In this document: in pieces, positions 52,818 to 62,572 of the stretch | Position numbering within the stretch: position 1 is the stretch's first letter | Layout: the number at the start of each line of letters is the position of its first letter | From: Bdellovibrionota bacterium | GTDB taxonomy: Bacteria; Bdellovibrionota_C; UBA2361; JBGSMV01 | Length of the DNA: 64,000 nucleotides | Assembly: GCA_041739995.1 (NCBI GenBank) | Contig: JBGSMV010000059.1 | Coordinates: 32,001 to 96,000, forward strand | Direction of reading: 5' to 3' | Notes under the pieces: generated by a model | What the model saw: only the letters and a program-made list of their open reading frames with translations | Told to the model about the DNA's origin: nothing | The model's database searches: none | Program-made: the position numbers and the translations under genes

Positions 52818-54130
52818 AATCTAGACTCCTTGGTTTCAAGTGCTGCTCGCGAAAGGCGCGCCTGGCCATCCACCATAACAAAGTCGGTCTTGCCCTGCAG
52901 TTCGCAGTCCAGCCATGGTGTGTTGGCGCTCTTAGACAGAATGTCGGCCTTCGTCAGGGTCCACTGTTTGTTGGTGTCAACAATACAGAGGTCGGCGCGC
53001 TGTCCAATCGAAAGCGTGCCGCAGTCTTTAAGCCCAATCACTCGGGCGGGAGCGGTCGAGAGTGCTTCCACTGCGCGGGTAAGCGACAATCTGCCGCTTC
53101 GCACTAGACCAAGCATCAGGGCGAGGGTTGTTTGCACCCCAAGAATTCCAAAGGCGGCCTTATCAAATTCAAGCGCCTTGGCGTCCCAGTGGTGGGGGGC
53201 ATGGTCACTCGCCACGCAATCAATCGTGCCGTCTGCGAGACCCTGAATCAGCGCCTCGCACTCAAATTGCTCCCTCAGTGGAGGACTCATTTTGGCGTTT
53301 GTATTGTAGCCCTCCACTGCATTCTCAGTCAGCAACATGTGATGGGGAGCGACTTCGCAGGTAATCGGAATGTTATCCGCCTTTGCACGACGAATCAGCT
53401 CAACTGTTCTTGCGCTCGAGACATGGCAAATGTGCACTCGCGCACCAGTGGTACGCGCGAGCTCAATGTCTCGCGCCACCATGACTTCCTCTGCGACCTT
53501 GGGCATTCCCTTCAAGCCCATTCGCAAAGAAAGCGCTGACTCATTCATAGAACCACCACAAGAAAGATGCTTATCCTCCTCGTGACAACAAATCGGCACT
53601 CCGAGCTCCGCTGCCCATTCGAGCGCTCGGCGCATCATGCCCGCATTATAGATAGGTTCTCCATCATCGGAGAATGCAACGCAGCCCGCTTCGCGCTGCT
53701 CGACCATGCTGGCGAGTTCTACACCCTCTAACTTTCGCGAAACGGCGCCAATCGGAAGTACTCTTGCCGCCTTGGCCTTGCCCGCCTCTTCGAGGATATA
53801 GCGTGAAATTTCTGCATGGTCATTTACCGGGGAGGTGTTGGGCATGCACAGTACGGTGGTGAATCCTCCGTCAATTGCCGCGTGGGCCCCGGTCGCAATG
53901 GTTTCCTTCCACTCGAAGCCCGGTTCACGCAAGTGAACATGAATATCTACCAATCCTGGAAGGACAATCCGATTCGCCGCTGAGATTCGTTGCGCCCCTT
54001 GGAACTTGGAGCCAGTGAGTGAGCCTTGAGGACCGATTTCCGCGACCTTACCGTCAGATACGAAAATGTCATACAGTCCGTCGCGACCCGCTGCGGGATC
54101 AATGAGACGACCACCTTCAATGAGGATCAT
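52814..54130 (-). CDS. pyrC: Dihydroorotase (type I)
   Basis: DIHVHLREPG, MPNT and SDHAPH motifs. Start ATG 54130 overlaps the pyrB end. Confidence 0.95.
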   Translation of the reverse strand: MILIEGGRLIDPAAGRDGLYDIFVSDGKVAEIGPQGSLTGSKFQGAQRISAANRIVLPGLVDIHVHLREPGFEWKETIATGAHAAIDGGFTTVLCMPNTSPVNDHAEISRYILEEAGKAKAARVLPIGAVSRKLEGVELASMVEQREAGCVAFSDDGEPIYNAGMMRRALEWAAELGVPICCHEEDKHLSCGGSMNESALSLRMGLKGMPKVAEEVMVARDIELARTTGARVHICHVSSARTVELIRRAKADNIPITCEVAPHHMLLTENAVEGYNTNAKMSPPLREQFECEALIQGLADGTIDCVASDHAPHHWDAKALEFDKAAFGILGVQTTLALMLGLVRSGRLSLTRAVEALSTAPARVIGLKDCGTLSIGQRADLCIVDTNKQWTLTKADILSKSANTPWLDCELQGKTDFVMVDGQARLSRAALETKESRL

Positions 54131-55127
54131 GCGCTTCTCCCTGTCCTGATACTGATGCAAATAAGGCGGCCATTCTCACCGCCACTCCATTGGTAACTTG
54201 CTGCCTGACCAAGGAACGAGGCCCATCGATAAGCTCGCTAGTGAGTTCCACTCCACGATTGGCGGGGCCCGGATGCAACAGTACCGCATTCGGAGCGTGT
54301 GCACGCATAAGCGCCTCACTGACACAGTAGGCGCGAGAATAGTCTTCAAGCGAAGCAATAAAGAACTGTGAAAGACGTTCGACTTGAACGCGCAAGCACA
54401 TCACCACGTCCGCATCTTCAATTCCTTCATGGAGACTGTTGGTAATAGTGAGACGACCGCGTGGGGAATCGTCCGCGGCACCGTCGATTTCGGAGGCTGA
54501 CTCAGGCGCAGCCAAAAACTCAGAGCTCACGAACTCCTGGGGCAAAAGAGTTCGCGGTCCAACCAGACGAACATCACTGCCAAGCAGAAGGTGCGCCCAA
54601 ATGTTGCTGCGTGCCACACGAGAATGAAGCACGTCTCCCACAATAGCGATCTTTAGACCGCGCAGTTCAGGATTTGTCTTAAAATGCTGCCTCAAGGTCA
54701 GGCAGTCGAGCAGAGCTTGTGTAGGGTGCTCGTGCATACCGTCTCCGGCGTTGATCACCGAGACGTTAGAGAGGTGGTTTGCCAGAAACTGCGGCGCACC
54801 AGAAGAGGCGTGACGAACTACCAGCACGTCTGCTCTCATCGCCTCAATAGTCCTGGCGGTATCGAAAAGCGTCTCTCCTTTCGAAACCGAGCTGGTCGAC
54901 ACTGAAAGATTGATTACATCTGCACTCAGACGTTTGGCCGCGATCTCAAAGCTTGTTCGCGTTCGAGTGCTAGCCTCAAAAAACATGTTCACCACCGTCT
55001 TGCCGCGCAGCGTGGGAACTTTTTTAAGGTCACGCTCGGAAACTTCCGCCATGCTGCTGGCGGTGTCCAACAACTGCAGAAGCTCTTGGCGCTTGAGCTT
55101 TCTTATTTCGAGAAGGTGGCGTGCCAT
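54117..55127 (-). CDS. pyrB: Aspartate carbamoyltransferase catalytic subunit
   Basis: FFEASTRTRTSF, HPTQALLD and HPGP motifs. Confidence 0.97.
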   Translation of the reverse strand: MARHLLEIRKLKRQELLQLLDTASSMAEVSERDLKKVPTLRGKTVVNMFFEASTRTRTSFEIAAKRLSADVINLSVSTSSVSKGETLFDTARTIEAMRADVLVVRHASSGAPQFLANHLSNVSVINAGDGMHEHPTQALLDCLTLRQHFKTNPELRGLKIAIVGDVLHSRVARSNIWAHLLLGSDVRLVGPRTLLPQEFVSSEFLAAPESASEIDGAADDSPRGRLTITNSLHEGIEDADVVMCLRVQVERLSQFFIASLEDYSRAYCVSEALMRAHAPNAVLLHPGPANRGVELTSELIDGPRSLVRQQVTNGVAVRMAALFASVSGQGEAHDPH

Positions 55128-55142
55128 GTCTTAACGTTCCTA

Positions 55143-55775
55143 CTATGGTTCGCATTCAGTGGCGCTGGCCCTGAGAGCTGCGGAATTACGTTGATCGGCA
55201 GGAATCACATAGACACCGTCTTCATGACCTTGCTCCGAGAGTCTAAGGCGCACGAAGTCTCCACGCTCTGACGGAATGTTTTTGCCAACATAGTCGGCGC
55301 GAATAGGGAGCTCTCTATGACCTCTGTCGACCAGTGCGGCCAGCTCTACTCTGGCCGGACGACCGAAATCGATAATGGCATCGAGTGCGGCCCTGATAGT
55401 TCGTCCGGTGAAGAGCACGTCATCGACCAGCACTATGCGTGAGCCCGTAACAGAGAACGGTAGGTCCGTGCCTCGCAATGTTGGTTGAGAACGAGAGCGA
55501 GAAAGGTCATCGCGGTACAAGGTGATATCGATGACGCCAAAGGAAGGCTCTGTGCCCCCAATTTCGGCGAGGCGTTGCTGAATGCGGCGCCCGATCACCT
55601 CACCGCAGGTTCTTATGCCGACTACGGCCAAGCGGTCCATGGCGCGGTCTCGCTCTAAAATCTCATAGCAGATTCGAGAGATGGAGCGACTAATACTTTC
55701 CCCGTCCAAGACGCGCTTCCACCCCGCTGGAGTGGCGGAAGGATTCTCTCGTTCTTCTGTTTTCTTCTGTCCCAT
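55143..55775 (-). CDS. pyrR: Bifunctional pyr operon regulator / uracil phosphoribosyltransferase
   Basis: DITLYRDDL, VDDVLFTGRTIRAA and DRGHRELPIRADYVGK motifs. Confidence 0.96.
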   Translation of the reverse strand: MGQKKTEERENPSATPAGWKRVLDGESISRSISRICYEILERDRAMDRLAVVGIRTCGEVIGRRIQQRLAEIGGTEPSFGVIDITLYRDDLSRSRSQPTLRGTDLPFSVTGSRIVLVDDVLFTGRTIRAALDAIIDFGRPARVELAALVDRGHRELPIRADYVGKNIPSERGDFVRLRLSEQGHEDGVYVIPADQRNSAALRASATECEP

Positions 55776-55954
55776 TTTACCTCTCGTATAGACTCATCAG
55801 ACTTTAATCCAAATGCAAGCAGGGCTCACGCGAAGCCGGTCCCCGCCAGAGATCGATCCCGGCCCGACATAGAGCCCAGCGAACCTAGAAATCTTAGGAG
55901 TAGAATTATTCGACCTGAGGAAATCTGGCCAAGCCTGAAGAAATAGAAATTTGG

Positions 55955-55990
55955 GCGAGGGATATAGCGAGGGATATAGCGAGGGATATA
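55955..55990. repeat. 12-bp perfect tandem repeat x3 in the pyr leader
   Basis: GCGAGGGATATA x3 (transcript sense UAUAUCCCUCGC). Confidence 0.95.
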
Positions 55991-56062
55991 TATACTGCCC
56001 GGTCTGAGATGGCGCGCAAACGCTAAGGGCGCTGTACGAGAAAACTTCAATCATTTCCACTT

Positions 56063-56094
56063 CCTTCGCGTCCTCACTGGAACGCAATTAAAGG
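56063..56094 (-). promoter_or_regulatory. PyrR-binding RNA stem-loop
   Basis: Minus strand CCTTTAATTGCGTTCCAGTGAGGACGCGAAGG matches the known CUUUAA...UCCNGNGAGG...AAGG PyrR motif and lies upstream of pyrR. Confidence 0.85.
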
Positions 56095-56495
56095 CAGCCT
56101 CGCGGCTAAGTTCCCGTCTGGTTTAGCCGGAATTGCTTAGGAAAGTCAAGCGAGTATGATGTGGACTGCAATCGCCAAGGTTTTCGATTGAACCTTGGCG
56201 CGGCGGTGGAATGGTGGGATTTGTTTCCTGTGAGTGCTCTGGACCATTGCATTCTCGCGATAGCTTTAGGGTGCGGCCCTTTAAGAGCGAGTCCGGCATT
56301 GCGCTAGTGTGCTGAGTCAGAAGTTCATTTAAGTATTTTTCTCGCTGTTTTCGCTGAGCTCATTGTGTAATTCATTAAATATATTCACAAAGAGAGCAGC
56401 GAGCTCGGCCAGAATTATTCATCGAACTCTTAACTCAGGACACTAGGCTCTGGTGAACTTAACTGGTCACATCGACGGTTTCTTCTATAGAGGTC

Positions 56496-57431
56496 ATGTG
56501 CGTGGCGCTCGATAAAAAAAGGTGTATGCCGAGCAAGCAACTTGGAAATGACAACCCAGCACTCGCCCTTGGCGATGTGCTCGACCGTCGCTATCGCGTG
56601 ATCTCCTACTTGGGCGCGGGAACTTCTGGTCAGGTCTATCTTTGCCGCGACAATGCACGCGCGGACAGTCGCGTGGCGGTAAAAGTGCTCTCTAAGGACT
56701 TAGCGGCACGCCCCTTTGCGCGCGCTGAGTTTTTAAGAGAGTTCTTGATTGGTTCGCGCCTTGATCACCCAAATTTGCTGCATTACTTCGACACGGTTCG
56801 CCAATCTGACCTTACCGCGTTTTCTATGGAATATGTCGGCGGCGGAAATCTTGCGCTGTTAATTAAAAAGCGCACACCAATCTCCATTCGGGAAAAGGTC
56901 AGAATTCTGATGGAAATCTCGCGCGGACTGGGCGCTCTGCACAAGTTGCACGTCATTCACCACGACTTGAAACCTGCCAACATCCTGCTCAGCAACCGAA
57001 AGGAAGTAAAAGTCTCTGACTTCGGGATTTCACGCTTTCGGGGGCAACCGCCGGATGAGGCTTCTGACGCCCGCATTGGAACGCCACAGTACATTTCACC
57101 AGAGTATCTGACCGACGGTGTAGTTACCCCCCTCTCAGACATCTATGCGTTGGGTCTCATGGCTTACGAGCTCATCACCGGGAAGCCTGCGTTCGTGGGA
57201 AAGACGGCGGTGGAGACCATCCAGCTGCGCTTTAAGACTACTCCGGTAGAGCCACACCGCGTCGTCGACGACTGCCCACGCATGCTTAGTAAAGCAGTTC
57301 TTAAGGCAATGTCTCTAGACCCAGTGGCCCGACCACAAACGCCCGCGGAATTTGAGAACATGCTGCATGATTGCATGCGTCCATTTTGGGTCTCCGCAAC
57401 CGCAACGCCCGCAACAAGAGTTGATGCCTGA
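56496..57431 (+). CDS. Hanks-type Ser/Thr protein kinase (catalytic domain only)
   Basis: GAGTSG, VAVK, HHDLKPAN, DFG, GTPQYISPE and SDIYALG motifs. Confidence 0.93.
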   Translation: MCVALDKKRCMPSKQLGNDNPALALGDVLDRRYRVISYLGAGTSGQVYLCRDNARADSRVAVKVLSKDLAARPFARAEFLREFLIGSRLDHPNLLHYFDTVRQSDLTAFSMEYVGGGNLALLIKKRTPISIREKVRILMEISRGLGALHKLHVIHHDLKPANILLSNRKEVKVSDFGISRFRGQPPDEASDARIGTPQYISPEYLTDGVVTPLSDIYALGLMAYELITGKPAFVGKTAVETIQLRFKTTPVEPHRVVDDCPRMLSKAVLKAMSLDPVARPQTPAEFENMLHDCMRPFWVSATATPATRVDA

Positions 57432-57860
57432 GAAATTGCGTCACAGGTGGGGTGCCAAAAAAATCATCACAAATTCCTCGCTGTGCTGCCTAGCGTTTGG
57501 GCGGCCTAAGGACGCTCCGACAAGCTAAAATTAACAGGAACCCTGAAGGACCCGAGAACCTAGTCGTTGATACTGCGGTGCTTTAGCGGAGAAGCGCAGT
57601 TTTTGGTTATCGTCTTTTATCGCGGGAGTGTACCCCTCTCTCAGTGCATGAAAAGGCACATACAAGACAGTGAGAGAGCGGAGAGGCTGGACTCTGACTG
57701 TTGCAGGGATAGACCAGTGCACATGATGTGCCACAAACAGCCTTAGTCTAGTGATGCTGCTTGATCTCTTCGCTCTCTCCGAGGTCTCCGCGTAGATAGA
57801 AACTAACTAGAAAGCGTGAAGAATCTGAAAATTTACTCGGTGTACCGGCCTCACAGACTC

Positions 57861-58715
57861 CTAGAACGCACCCTCAGAGGAGACGTAGAAGGGAAACTCC
57901 CAGCGAAAGTACTCTTTTCCATCCCATTCAATAAGGAACAATTCTCGGTAATGCAGACTTATGCTGAGCGACCTTCCTGAGCGGTTAATTTGTAGCTGCT
58001 CTTCGTCCACCGGCAACTCGTAGCGCCGCACGTAGTAAAGCAATCTTCTTCGAATCTCTAAGTCTGTCTCGGTAGCTGCCACAGGAATCATTTGGTCGAA
58101 GTGGTTCTGCAGTTCGTAGTAGTAATAATAAAAGGGGGCAATTGAATAGGCCACGTAAAGCACTGAAGCGATAATCGCGCCAAAGACTATGGCTGTTAAT
58201 GCGCTTACTCCGTCCTGAATGGTTCGCGGTCGCGGAGCCTCGGCCGATTCAGGCTGAGCTGAAAACCTCTCTTTGAGCTGTGATTGAAGTAACTCCAGTA
58301 CTGCTGCGGGAAGCTGAGAACGGGGGACGACCTCGTCGCACCCATTGTCGACGGCTTCCCGCAGCAGCTCAGTCTCAACGTGGGGCCCAAATGCAAGTAC
58401 GGGCGGCAGAGCGCTCGACTGACTAGCAGCTTTGGCTCTTTCGACCGCGAGCAGCGCAAAGAGCTGCTCTAACAAAGACGATTTCTTGGAGGGGTCACTA
58501 GAATCTGGAATCGGAGTGTCTCTCGCCTTGGCGAGGTCAATGACCACAATGCGGGCCTGTGCAAGCATAGAGGGCAAATCCTCAACTCTTCGCATGCGTC
58601 GCAGAGACAGTTTTGTTCCAGACTGAGCCGCAAAGTTCGCTAGTGCGGGCTCAATGCGACCTGCTGAGAGCAAGTCACAGCCAATAGTAATTACGAATTC
58701 TTCCGGATTGTTCAT
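57861..58715 (-). CDS. Hypothetical protein: degenerate receiver-like domain + TM helix + small external domain
   Basis: VVIDL...AFGPHVETELLREAVDNGCDEVVPRS, then TM segment AIVFGAIIASVLYVAYSIAPF. Coupled to the upstream regulator by an ATGA overlap. Confidence 0.65.
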   Translation of the reverse strand: MNNPEEFVITIGCDLLSAGRIEPALANFAAQSGTKLSLRRMRRVEDLPSMLAQARIVVIDLAKARDTPIPDSSDPSKKSSLLEQLFALLAVERAKAASQSSALPPVLAFGPHVETELLREAVDNGCDEVVPRSQLPAAVLELLQSQLKERFSAQPESAEAPRPRTIQDGVSALTAIVFGAIIASVLYVAYSIAPFYYYYYELQNHFDQMIPVAATETDLEIRRRLLYYVRRYELPVDEEQLQINRSGRSLSISLHYRELFLIEWDGKEYFRWEFPFYVSSEGAF

Positions 58716-60133
58716 TGCGCCTGCTCGATTGGGTCTTCAAGAGCGTACTCTTGAACCTTGGCAATCAAATTACTTCGAGATATTCCTAAACTTCGTGCAG
58801 CCTCACTCTTATTTCCTCCGGCCTGCTTAAGAGCTTGAGTAATGAAATCCCGCTCGAGATCGGCCAGCGCATCCTTGAGTGCTCCAACGGTAGCTGAGCC
58901 ATGAGAGGGAGAACTTCGGTTCTCGACCGAGCGTACCGCTTTAGAAAGGTCATCAACCCCAAGCGGGGAACTCGAGCTACTCATGATACACATGCGCTCT
59001 AGCTCGCTCTGAAGCTCTCGAACATTTCCTGGCCACGAATAGGAACACAGTGCGGCAATCGCCTGCTCGGTCAATTGCTTTTCTCCCTTGCCCGCACGTA
59101 CGCGCTGAGAAAGGAAGTACTGAACCAAAAGCGGAATATCTGACTGGCGGTCGCGAAGCGCTGGAATCTCAATGCCAACTACGTGCAAGCGGTAATATAG
59201 ATCTTGTCGAAAGGTCCCGACACGAACCATTTCTGCCAGGTTACGATGAGTGGCGGTGATAACGCGCACGCTGGTCTTTCGATGCTGGGTGGCACCTACG
59301 GGGGTGAATGTGCCGTCTTGGAGAACTCGAAGCAACTTGGCCTGAAGCGCAGGAGACATTTCCCCTACTTCGTCCAGAAACAGACTTCCACCATTGGCAG
59401 CCTCGAACAATCCGACGCGATCACGTAGGGCTCCAGTAAATGCCCCCTTCACATGCCCAAACAGCTCAGACTCCAAAAGCTGCTCATTGAGAGCTGCGCA
59501 ATTCTGAATGATGAATACCTGGTCACGTCTGACGCTTTGGTAGTGCAAAGCTGCGGCCACCAGCTCCTTTCCGGTCCCCGATTCGCCGGTTATCAAAACG
59601 GGAACATCGGCGTCCTTGACCTTCTCGATTAGGTTAAACACTGCTTGCATCGCTGCAGAGCGTCCGATGATATTTGCGTAGTCTGTTCGTTGCTCAGCCA
59701 CACGACGGAGCGCCGTGTTCTGATCTTCTAGAGTGTGAAGCTGTTGATAAAGGGAGCGAATGCGAAGCGCTGCGGCCACCCGCGCCAGCAGCTCCTCTTT
59801 TGAATATGGCTTTTTAATGTAGTCGTCAGCCCCTTGGTCGAGTCCGAATACCACGTCATCGAGAGAGTCCTTGGCGGTCAGAAGTACCACGGTGCAGAAC
59901 TTTAGCTGAGGATCGCTTTTGATCGCTCTGGTTACCTCGTAACCATCAGGCTCTGGCATGTTCACATCAAGCAGCACCAAATCGGGATGCTCAGCATGCG
60001 CTTGCGCCAGTGCTTCTGTTCCGTTTGTGGCAGTGAAGACTTCGTAGCCCGCGCCCACCAGCAGCGTCTCAAGGGCGAACAACCCATCAGTTGAGTCGTC
60101 TACCGCGAGCACTTTTCGAGAGGGGCCAACCAT
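58712..60133 (-). CDS. Sigma54-dependent response regulator (REC-AAA-Fis HTH)
   Basis: VDD...LLDVNMP receiver, [22 protein letters not shown], Fis HTH. Confidence 0.95.
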   Translation of the reverse strand: MVGPSRKVLAVDDSTDGLFALETLLVGAGYEVFTATNGTEALAQAHAEHPDLVLLDVNMPEPDGYEVTRAIKSDPQLKFCTVVLLTAKDSLDDVVFGLDQGADDYIKKPYSKEELLARVAAALRIRSLYQQLHTLEDQNTALRRVAEQRTDYANIIGRSAAMQAVFNLIEKVKDADVPVLITGESGTGKELVAAALHYQSVRRDQVFIIQNCAALNEQLLESELFGHVKGAFTGALRDRVGLFEAANGGSLFLDEVGEMSPALQAKLLRVLQDGTFTPVGATQHRKTSVRVITATHRNLAEMVRVGTFRQDLYYRLHVVGIEIPALRDRQSDIPLLVQYFLSQRVRAGKGEKQLTEQAIAALCSYSWPGNVRELQSELERMCIMSSSSSPLGVDDLSKAVRSVENRSSPSHGSATVGALKDALADLERDFITQALKQAGGNKSEAARSLGISRSNLIAKVQEYALEDPIEQAQ

Positions 60134-60148
60134 GCGCTACCTCTTCGC

Positions 60149-61858
60149 TCAACCGCCCTTCATGGAGTCAATGAACTCTTTATTGGTCTTGGTGCCGTCG
60201 AGCTTACTCAATAGCCATTCCATTGCTTCAACTGTGTTCGATTCGGACAAGAGCTTCCTGAGCAGACGAACCTTGGTGAGGACGTCCGGCTTTAGTAGCA
60301 GTTCTTCCTTTCGAGTACCTGATTTATTCAGGTCGATCGAAGGGAACACTCTTCTGTCGGCAAGTTTACGATCGAGTACGAGCTCCATGTTACCGGTGCC
60401 CTTAAATTCTTCAAAAATAACCTCGTCCATTCGGGATCCGGTCTCGATCAGAGCAGTACCGATGATGGTCAAGCTGCCACCCTCTTCGACGTTTCGTGCC
60501 GCTCCAAAGAAGCGCTTTGGCTTGTGAAGTGCGTTTGAATCAACACCACCAGAGAGAATCTTTCCGCTCGGTGGTACCACCGTGTTGTAAGCACGGGCGA
60601 GACGAGTAATGGAGTCAAGTAAGATGACTACGTCGCGCTTATGCTCGACCAGTCGTCTGGCCTTCTCGATAACCATCTCAGCAACTTGTACGTGACGAGT
60701 TGCAGGTTCATCGAAGGTTGAGCTGACCACTTCGCCCTTTACCGAGCGCTGCATGTCGGTAACCTCTTCTGGTCGCTCGTCGATAAGCAACACAATCAGC
60801 ACAACTTCTTTGTGGTTTTCGGTGATGGCGTTAGCGATATTCTGAAGCAGTACGGTTTTACCCGTACGAGGAGGAGCAACGATTAGCCCTCGTTGTCCTT
60901 TTCCAATCGGAGAGAATAGATCGATGATTCTTGTCGAAACATCAACTTTCTTGGTCTCTAGATTCAGTTTCTCTGCAGGATATAGCGCCGTGAGATTGTC
61001 AAAGTGCAGCTTGGTCTTGATTACCTCCAAGCTGTCATGATTGACGGAGTTCACTTTTAGAAGTGCAAAGTAGCGCTCGCCTTCCTTCTCGCGTGGCGGT
61101 CTAACCTGCCCCTCGACGGTGTCGCCGGTTTTTAGTCCGAAGCGACGGATCTGAGCGGGACTGACATAGATGTCATCAGAGCCGGGTAAATAGTTGAAGT
61201 CAGGAGATCGTAGGAACCCGAATCCATCAGGCAGACATTCAAGCACGCCCTCAGCGTAGATACTGCCGTTAGACTCTGCCTGAGCGGTCAACAACTGAAA
61301 TATCAGGTCCTGGCGACGTAAGCCGCTGGAACCTTCAATCTCAAATTCATTCGCGAGTTTCACCAGCTCCTCATTCTTGAGTCGCTTGAGTTCATTAAGG
61401 TTCATGTCCATTCCGTTCGAAGCGCGTCGACTCGGGTCAACGCGAGTGTTTTCACCGTCAAGATCGCCTCCGCTCTGCCCCTCAGGCAAGCCCTCAGTTG
61501 CTGAAGCCTGTCGAGGTGCCGAGGGTTCATTCCCTTCCATAGGGTCTCCACCGAACTCCTCATCGCGAGGCAGTCCTTGTCGGGAAATGGGAGTGCGTGA
61601 ATCAGAATTACGGTAGGGAGCAGGCGCTCTGGAATTCGCCTCGAGTTCCGGCCGATCGCGCGAATCGCCACCTCGTCCGCCTCGCCCTGCGCTCATGCGA
61701 GAACCGCTTCCACGTGCGGGACCGTCGTCACGATAGCTATCCTGTCGAGCCGGTGGACGACCACCAGACCTAGGTCCACTCGCGCTAGATGGGCGAGGGC
61801 GACGAGGCCCCCCGCTACGTGAAGAACCACCACGGGAATCAGAAGTAGAAGACGTCAT
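60149..61858 (-). CDS. rho: Transcription termination factor Rho with N-terminal low-complexity extension
   Basis: [26 protein letters not shown] and FKGTGNME motifs. Confidence 0.98.
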   Translation of the reverse strand: MTSSTSDSRGGSSRSGGPRRPRPSSASGPRSGGRPPARQDSYRDDGPARGSGSRMSAGRGGRGGDSRDRPELEANSRAPAPYRNSDSRTPISRQGLPRDEEFGGDPMEGNEPSAPRQASATEGLPEGQSGGDLDGENTRVDPSRRASNGMDMNLNELKRLKNEELVKLANEFEIEGSSGLRRQDLIFQLLTAQAESNGSIYAEGVLECLPDGFGFLRSPDFNYLPGSDDIYVSPAQIRRFGLKTGDTVEGQVRPPREKEGERYFALLKVNSVNHDSLEVIKTKLHFDNLTALYPAEKLNLETKKVDVSTRIIDLFSPIGKGQRGLIVAPPRTGKTVLLQNIANAITENHKEVVLIVLLIDERPEEVTDMQRSVKGEVVSSTFDEPATRHVQVAEMVIEKARRLVEHKRDVVILLDSITRLARAYNTVVPPSGKILSGGVDSNALHKPKRFFGAARNVEEGGSLTIIGTALIETGSRMDEVIFEEFKGTGNMELVLDRKLADRRVFPSIDLNKSGTRKEELLLKPDVLTKVRLLRKLLSESNTVEAMEWLLSKLDGTKTNKEFIDSMKGG

Positions 61859-62572
61859 TGAGGACCCTTACAACAATCAAATTTAGATACAGTAATTAAA
61901 AAATTGGCCAGATGCGGGTGTGAGAAGCGCTACCGGAGTCGGGAATACTAAGCAAAGCCTTCTTAGGTGACCTCGGAATGAGGCGCTTGAATATACAAAC
62001 GATGCGTTCAAGTTATGTTCTCATTCGTGATGAATGCTCTTCTTGGACCTGCTCTTCTGCCGCTCAGCAGGAGCTCTCCAACAAGTAACTAGACATTCTG
62101 GCGATACCAGCCAATTAACCCAAATTCGCGCACGTCGACAGGCACAACAAAAGGCCCATTTCCGTTCCGCTTCTTTTTTAGCAACTTTTCCCCGCCGGCA
62201 GTTAGGAGAACAAAATACACAAGTTACAGAATTGATTAACAAGTTACAGCGTGATTTCGCAGGTTCGTAAATGCCGGATTCGATCTCAGGGACTGCGGGG
62301 ACTGCGCGATGGACTGTCTTTAAAGGCTATATCTTACCGCGCCTCCTCGTCAAGCATCAAAACACCTACTTCTGCCAACAAATCTATCATTCTACGACGA
62401 TAACCCCCTACAGACACGAGGGTTCTCCCCCCTTCGAGAAATTGGTGTTTGGTGCCACCTAAATCCCAAGGCCAACACCCTGAGAGTCTTTCGCAGTGAT
62501 GCACACCCGACCAGATTTGAACGCTCGCAGATTCAACCAGTCACCAATTCAACACCGGCATTGCTCCAAGCT

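Noticed and set aside
55797..56087. ORFs in the pyr leader as leader peptides
   Set aside because: Weak starts, YPSL/IPRY repeats derive from the 12-bp repeat, and the region is better explained as a PyrR leader.
61859..62572. ncRNA or small genes in the long tsaB-rho spacer (likewise 29640-30440 and 25011-25416)
   Set aside because: I recognised no SRP, 6S, tmRNA, RNase P or riboswitch motifs by eye, and the short ORFs lack support. An Rfam scan would be needed.
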